A stretch of 64,000 bases of DNA. It comes from Chrysomallon squamiferum. Its lineage: Eukaryota > Animalia > Mollusca. Below, in pieces: positions 60,423 through 64,000 of the stretch. The stretch is from NCBI GenBank assembly GCA_012295275.1, contig CM022679.1:14818001-14882000 (forward strand), read 5' to 3'. Position numbers and translations under genes: made by a program. Numbering within the stretch: the first letter of the stretch is position 1; each line of letters opens with the position of its first letter. The notes beneath the pieces are model-generated. The model was not told the DNA's origin and searched no databases. It saw only the letters and a list, made by a program, of their open reading frames with translations.

Positions 60423-60920
60423 AAAAGGATTTTTTTCAGTCACATAAAAGAACAATAAACAAATAAATAAATGAAATGTCTCTAGTTTTTAACTACGTAT
60501 TGCAAACAGCTCTGCACCCTTCTTTACGTTTATAAGGTTACGTGAAGTAAACATTGCGAACTAATGAGCCGATATATAGCAGCATAGAAACAGAAAGACG
60601 TGTAGGAAATTAGGTCACTGAGATCTGCAATAAATATAGCGATCCAGAAGATATAAGAAATATTTGTTAGTAGATTTTTTCTTTCTTTTTATATTATTTT
60701 GAGGAATCAAAGCTGTGTAGTGTTTAGCATGTTTAGCATAGCCTCTGAGTTAGACACTGTTCAGCGAAGTCAGCTCCATCCTCATCTTAAATGTAAAAAC
60801 ATTAAATAATAAAAGAATAATAATTATAGTTATAGTAATAAACAAATGTATCTATTGAAATTCTTAGTTTTATATTTTTAATAATATATTTTATTATTGT
60901 TGTTATTGTTGTTGTTGTTG

Positions 60921-60974
<54 letters not shown>

Positions 60975-61264
60975 TATTATTATTATTATTTAATTTCAAC
61001 GTCCAGGACAAGTATATTTATGCTATCCAATTCTTACTTTTGTCGTAAAACTTTACATCCAATTTCGTAAATGTCTCTCGTATGTGCCAAGCCGAGTTTC
61101 GAATGTTTTGTGTCGTTTGCGCCTCTATATAATACTGTATGCAAATAGATTATCCTTGAATCAAATGCAAAATTTGAGTGAAAAGATGTCTAAGTATATT
61201 TAGAAACTATTTACGAATTACGCGTATACCTCTTTTGTGTGTGACAGAGAGAGGGAGAGAGGGG

Positions 61265-61377
<113 letters not shown>

Positions 61378-61989
61378 TATTTTATGTGGTTTTCTTTAAC
61401 GGTGACTCAAGACAATAAAACCAATTTCTATCATGCCTTGGTGAAAATATTCTATAATTATTTGACTGTCTATATCTCTCTGTATCGATCTGGCGATCTA
61501 CATATATCTATCTATATAAAATCTGTTTATAGTTGATTCATCGAATTAGTATTTCTGATACTTAGATTAGTTAATTTATATCATTTTGTCAAATTTATTT
61601 TATTATTTTTATTATGTTTTTTACAGATCATCAGGATTTGAAAGTGGACAGGAATGTTATTCCTTCACAAATCACGATACTGCTAATTTTTATTTAATTA
61701 CTTAATAACCAATATTATCATTAGTAGTAGTAATAGTATCTTAGTAGTTCATATTGTTTCAATATTTTTGAATTAGAACCAAATTTAAATATGAAAAAAG
61801 AAATTAAAATTTAAATTAATTTCATTTTCACCTTATTATTCTTCCTTTGTTCATGTCAATATATAATGGTAGTAATTGTCTTATATTTTATTGTTGTTTT
61901 TGCCGTTCTTGTCCTTGTTGCTGTCAATTTTATTGTTGTTTTCAATTTCTTCTTCGTTATATTATTATTGGTATTATTACCATTATAAC

Positions 61990-62064
<75 letters not shown>

Positions 62065-62369
62065 AAAACACTTGAAGCTGAAAAGGTCAAAAGGTTGGTG
62101 TAGGCATTTCACATGATGACAGTAACCTCACACAAAGCTCGTAATATAAAAATAAGACTTCTAACTCTTCCAACTCTAAATTACAAAATTACCAAAAACT
62201 ATTCACATACAAAGATTTTGTCATTAACACAATTCCTTAACCTGGAGCCACAATAACAGACAAAACAATAAAAACAGAAAACGATTCTCTAAATCAGAAT
62301 TTTATTCAAGCATAATTACTTTATATATAGATATAGACAGACAGATACACAAAAATATATATTATCTTA

Positions 62370-62515
62370 TCTTATATTATATTATATTATGTTATGTAAT
62401 ATTATATTATATTATATTATATTATATTATATTATATTATATTATATTATATTATATTATTTTATGTTATATTATATTATATTATATTATATTATATTAC
62501 ATTATATTATATTAC
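62370..62515. repeat. (ATATT)n pentanucleotide repeat
   Basis: Direct read. Confidence 0.9.
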
Positions 62516-62844
62516 AAATAAGTCATGATTCCTATATTACAATTTAGATTACACAAATTTCATTTCAACCATAAAGTTATTGAAAAATATATTAAAATAA
62601 GTGTAGACCGTCTGTACAACCTGTATACGTAGATTTAATTTTTAAGCTATGTATATCTGTACGATCTAACAACAGATTTAGATTTCAGAAAGACACCGTA
62701 TTTTCCTACCTTCGTTTCATATTCTTAAAACTGAAAAATTCAGTACCCGAAAACATTTCTAGTTCAAGCATTCTGGAGAAGGAATCGTAATATAAATATA
62801 TTTATTAGCATAATTGTTTTTGTTGCCGATCATCTTCATGTGAC

Positions 62845-63000
<156 letters not shown>

Positions 63001-63071
63001 TTTCATTAATAAAGTCGAACAATCCATACAGTTCAGTTCAAAATCTTGTGAAGATCGGTAAATGTTCAAAT

Positions 63072-64000
63072 TTACAAACTGACGTCAGCATTAACAAGAA
63101 GTGGAAAAGTTTCCAGCAGCCAGTCCACTGCAGCTTTGTCGTCTGCTTCGTCTGGTGGAGTTTTTCCTGTTTTGAAATTGTTCAGTTCAGTGACTTCGTG
63201 AGTCTCTCCTGATTTCAAGCATACAATCATCATTTTCTCATTCTTCGTAGCAGTTGCTATTGCCAAATCAATCACCTGTTTCCAGTGTGTGTTTGGAGGG
63301 TCGGAATTAACAACTAGAACAATGCATCGAATAAGAGGCATCAGCCGTTTGTAAAAATAGATATCATCCATTCCTTCAAACGAAAGTTCATCATTCCTCG
63401 TGACTTCAAGACCTGTGTAGTGTTTAAGAATCTCCTGAATCTTCTTTGACATCTCAGATTTTTTACAGTCGTCTTTGTCATGCAGAATCATGATATCAGC
63501 GCCATTTATTTCACGTTCTTTGTTCGTTTTGTAATAGAACGCAAAAATCCTTCTGAAACAAGACGTAGCTTTGCTCGGTGACGCGCCTCTTGATAAGATC
63601 TGCTGTGCTGTTTTCAAGTAAACTCTACTGACGAGAGAAGAAGGAACGTGATCAGCTTGTTGCGTACCCATCAGCAGACTTACACACAGTCTGGCATTTT
63701 CGTATTTTTGTTGGTTGAGATATTCCTCTGTAATTGCAATCCAGTTTTGTGATCCCAGATTTCGGTTCTGAATCTTCTCATAAATCGGAAGAGAAGGGGC
63801 GAATTCACTGATCATACAGTAAACTTCTTTAACTTGCCACGGTATATCTACTCCACGTGGACCTTTCGTTTGCTTCAGCAAATCAGTTACTGTTCTGAAA
63901 TGAGTGCGATATTTGTACAGCACCTCGATCGCAGAAACTTCTATAGCAAGAATTTTATAGTTTATTTCTTCTTTCCTCAGCCGAGCCTGTTCATCTGGAG
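63072..64000 (-). CDS. TPR-TIR family copy 8, 3' part (5' end lies outside the window)
   Basis: Open frame from the window edge (PDEQARLRKEEINYKILAIEV...) through the TIR-like domain to the stop at 63072. Confidence 0.85.
   Translation of the reverse strand, partial: PDEQARLRKEEINYKILAIEVSAIEVLYKYRTHFRTVTDLLKQTKGPRGVDIPWQVKEVYCMISEFAPSLPIYEKIQNRNLGSQNWIAITEEYLNQQKYENARLCVSLLMGTQQADHVPSSLVSRVYLKTAQQILSRGASPSKATSCFRRIFAFYYKTNKEREINGADIMILHDKDDCKKSEMSKKIQEILKHYTGLEVTRNDELSFEGMDDIYFYKRLMPLIRCIVLVVNSDPPNTHWKQVIDLAIATATKNEKMMIVCLKSGETHEVTELNNFKTGKTPPDEADDKAAVDWLLETFPLLVNADVSL

Overview
AT-rich, microsatellite-dense eukaryotic DNA with GT-AG introns, probably from an invertebrate animal (a mollusc is plausible but this is inference only). 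The window is dominated by a minus-strand tandem cluster of eight full or partial copies, plus one orphan start exon, of one gene family. Each gene has a 64-67 nt start exon spliced in phase 1 to a ~2.1 kb exon. The spliced product is ~735 aa, with a TTC22/IFIT-like TPR region (LESFPHSFHL motif) and a ~140 aa C-terminal TIR-like domain. Only the copy at 28800-31387 is complete and intact as assembled, and the copy at 63072 is open but runs off the window. The others are truncated, chimeric, frameshifted or carry nonsense codons. The cluster appears to be a ~33-36 kb higher-order duplication, with rearrangements at (GA)n tracts. The left end holds a triplicated ~1-1.8 kb segment (one copy inverted) and a GT32 glycosyltransferase pseudogene joined tail-to-tail to a truncated TPR copy. 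Most other ORFs in the track are microsatellite or antisense artefacts.
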